Part shown: positions 61,001 through 64,000 of the stretch, piece by piece | How positions within the stretch are numbered: position 1 is the first letter of the stretch | Layout: every line of letters starts with the position of its first letter | Origin: Saccostrea echinata | Taxonomy: Eukaryota | Length of the DNA stretch: 64,000 bases | NCBI RefSeq assembly: GCF_033153115.1 | Contig: NW_026889751.1 | Span: 8,680,001 to 8,744,000, forward strand | Reading direction: 5' to 3' | Notes under the pieces: generated by a model | Database searches by the model: none | Seen by the model: only the letters and a program-made list of their open reading frames with translations | What the model was told of the DNA's origin: nothing | Translations under genes and position numbers: made by a program

Positions 61001-63709
61001 TTAAATATATACTCAAATATTACACTTTTATATCCAGGATGTTGACAATCAATGGTTACTAGCTATTAGCTAAAAGGAACAGCAAGGGCTTGTACCAATA
61101 AAATTTTGAAAAAGGGGTTACACATGTGTTAACCCTTCCTAAACTTTTGGATCAAATGTTTCTCGAATATTGCTCATTTCTATGACTAAGTAATGGTGGG
61201 ACATATTTATTTTACCATCTAAGATTTTTTTTTTTTGAAGGAAGAATCTTATTCCTTTTCTAATTATTAGTTAGCACTGGTACTAGTTTCAAACTTTAAG
61301 GCTTTTAAAATATTGAAGAAAAAAGATTGCCAAATGAGGGGTGTTTTTTCCCAAAGTGTTTTAGTTTCCCCTGTCATTTTCAGAGACAGCTGACATGCTA
61401 CATGACATAATAAAGCTGTCCATGGAGAGACTGATATCCTCTGAGGAGGAACTCAACAACCTGGACAAGGAGAGTGGGGATGGAGACTGTGGTACAACAC
61501 TCGCCAGAGGGGCCAAAGGTCAGCATTATTTCAGGGGTGAAAGGGGGCAAAGGTCAGCATTATTAAAGGGGTTAGAGGGGGCAATGGTTCGTATATGTGC
61601 GTAAGGTCAGAAGGCAAAGGTGAGAGGGAGAGGAGCAAAGTTCATGCTGCATTATTTCATGGGTCAAAGGAATAAAAGTTGATTAACCAGATGTGGTCTC
61701 TTTGTAATCAAATAAGGCCTATGATTGGTTCATTTATTTGTACTGTATGACTGAAATATTACTCCTCATTAGTTGTTATTTATGGCGATGTTAACTAAGA
61801 GAGGGAATCTTGAAGAAAAATTACGTACATATTAATATATCTGTATGTCACTTAACTGCTGTATGGATTGCACATGTAGTGCAAGTTCTTTTTAATGCTG
61901 GACTGAACCCGAAGTCATTAAAGTTGACTTACATGTCATGTACTAAAAAATGTTGATAAAATCTACTTTTTTGTGAAAGTGCGAGTTTAATATTTACATG
62001 CCAGAAGAAAAAAATCCAATAGTTGTAATGTGTTTAATGATATGTTATATGTATACATGTATAATTTTCAAGATTTAATTACATTTTCAAATGCCTTTGT
62101 CCGAGATAAAACTTCAATGAAGTGAATAACTTTATATCTTCATTAAAGCCATTTGTTTTGGCATCCTTTTTTGTGCCTTTTATGCAAATTATTACATGAC
62201 TGAACTGCTTGTTCAAATCATAAAGCCAAGAAAAAATTAGACAGTAATTCCTTAAATTTTATACCTAAGCAAGAAAGTGGTATCTTTTGGGAACATTATT
62301 GGGGAAAACAACTTTTAAAAATTCAATAAACTTGAAAAGAAAAATATTATTATCATCAAAATTTAATTCGTAATATAGCAATAATGAAAGAACTGGGACA
62401 GAAGGAGAAGCCTAACTTACCTGTAGACAATCCAGCAACCTTAGCTCTGTCACTAGCAAGGATTGTAGAGAATTCAATGGGCGGATCATCAGGAGCGGTA
62501 GGACAACTAGAATTTTCAAAATTAGTGTATTGGCAAAAATAAATCAATTCATTATTTCATATGGTTACTGGTACAGATTGTGATTATTTTTTTTTTATTC
62601 ATAGCTGTATAGTCTGTTCTTCACATCGGCCTCCCATTCTTTACAAAATAATGTTAGTATGACAGGATGGAAGGAAGCCCTGAGTAATGGGACCTCCACA
62701 ATAATGAGGTAAAACGAAGATTTTTAAAGCATGTTTAAATGATGCCTCATTTAATGTGAAATAATTTTTATATCCCCGGTTTTATTTAGATATGGAGGTG
62801 CGCAGCCCGGCGATAGAACGATGGTATGTAGTATTCTGAGGTAACTCCGTGCTCAATATTTATTTACACAAGTCAAGGAATATTTTCAAATAAAACCGTT
62901 ATCTGAATCAAAATATAATTTGATATCGTCCAAGATAATGATAATGGCGAAGATTTGTACAAATTTATTTAACACATATAATTGATATAAACCTAATTTC
63001 CTTAGAACTACCCTTTAGCAATACGTACATGTACAAACAGTTGAAGATTTAGCAAGGGATTTTTTTTTCTCCCGGGAATGTCTTGATATCAAAAGAAAAC
63101 AAGAAAAATCAAACTATATCTGCAAAAGATCTCTAATCTCGAGTTGGCATTAACGTAAACTTTGATATTTTATTATTTTTTATTCGTGGTTCCGAAAATA
63201 TAGTTTTAAATTTCGCAGCATCTTTAACATTTTGTCATATCCTATGAACAACAATATAAGAACAGGCTAAAACGCTCCTCAAAAATTTTCTTAATTCGAA
63301 GACACATTCTAAATTAGGCTGTTCATAAAAAGTTGAAAACCATGACATTCTTCAGGTTGACGCTTTATTTGCTGCCGATTCAGCTTTGAAAACTTCGGGA
63401 TCGTTATCTAGTCCTGTTAAAATTCTGGAGACAATTGTGCAAGTAAGTATATTCAACACTCTAAAAAGTCATAAATTGTGCAGAAAAAATGAATTTTAAG
63501 AAATATAACTTGAGGAAACTCCTCCTCCATTTCACTTTGTATCTTCATAACAGGCCACAGAATCTGCTGCCCTAGCCACAGCTTCTATGAAAGCCCAGGC
63601 TGGGAGGGCAAGTTATGTCAGTGCAGAGAGGTTAAAGAACCCCGACCCCGGGGCAGTGGCCGTGACAGTGTGGTTCAGAGCAATACTTGAGATTCTCAAG
63701 AAGACATAA
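58084..63709 (+). CDS. TKFC: Triokinase/FMN cyclase paralog 2, 587 aa. Exons: 58084-58282, 58470-58580, 59027-59211, 59284-59362, 59486-59575, 59686-59720, 59951-60035, 60260-60349, 60456-60572, 60845-60982, 61384-61518, 62379-62497, 62605-62708, 62790-62823, 63356-63442, 63554-63709
   Basis: Same Dak1/Dak2 motifs (GSGHEP, NYTGD, GLHGE, GDGDCG, GDRTM, GRASY, PDPGA). All 16 exon lengths equal those of paralog 1; open frame to TAA. Confidence 0.95.
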
Positions 63710-63804
63710 AAGCGATTAATAATTACTGATGGAATCTTTTGGAAACGATTCTATATGAGAAAATTCAGTATACATATTTAATCTGTAAATAGCCACTACA
63801 AGAA

Positions 63805-63810
63805 AATAAA
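63805..63810 (+). terminator. Candidate polyadenylation signal of TKFC-2 (a second one at 63911-63916)
   Basis: AATAAA ~95 nt after the stop. Confidence 0.4.
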
Positions 63811-64000
63811 ATCCAATTGTATCAGTAGGAATATTTAGAAATATGATTATTTGATTTCATTTTGCTGTTGTTTATAGAAACTGTGAAATGAACGTCTCAA
63901 TGATATTGAAAATAAAGATAAATATTTTTTTTCATATTTGTCATTATTGTACATGTAATCATACAAATATTATACATATAAACTAATATATAAATACAAT

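Noticed and set aside
58084-63709. TKFC-2 as a pseudogene or haplotig duplicate
   Set aside because: The frame, splice sites and catalytic motifs are intact, and its introns and synonymous sites are far too diverged from TKFC-1 to be allelic.

Overview
AT-rich, intron-rich animal genomic DNA, probably a bivalve such as an oyster; this is inferred from the repeat families and gene style, not shown directly. Positions 1-44.3 kb hold the 3' part of one giant, probably secreted, multi-VWD gene on the + strand (FCGBP/zonadhesin/mucin-like). I traced 87 GT-AG exons by hand that splice in frame to about 5,440 aa, with the start lying upstream of the window. Its core is an 8-exon, 564-codon cassette: Pro linker, very basic DUF3011/ADEL-lectin-like domain, basic 5-Cys EGF-like domain, VWD with GDPH, C8, TIL and TILa-like. 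The cassette occurs as six nearly identical ~3.55 kb genomic copies (introns included) plus one diverged copy. After these come an eighth VWD assembly, Pro/Thr/Ser micro-exons, 13 one-exon EGF-like repeats, a ninth VWD assembly and an unrecognised Cys-containing terminal domain. Positions 48-63.7 kb hold two intact tandem triokinase/FMN cyclase (TKFC, DAK) paralogs with identical 16-exon structure but very different CpG content. The introns carry several non-autonomous DNA transposons and minisatellites. All coordinates were read by eye, and domain names come from motif recognition rather than database searches.
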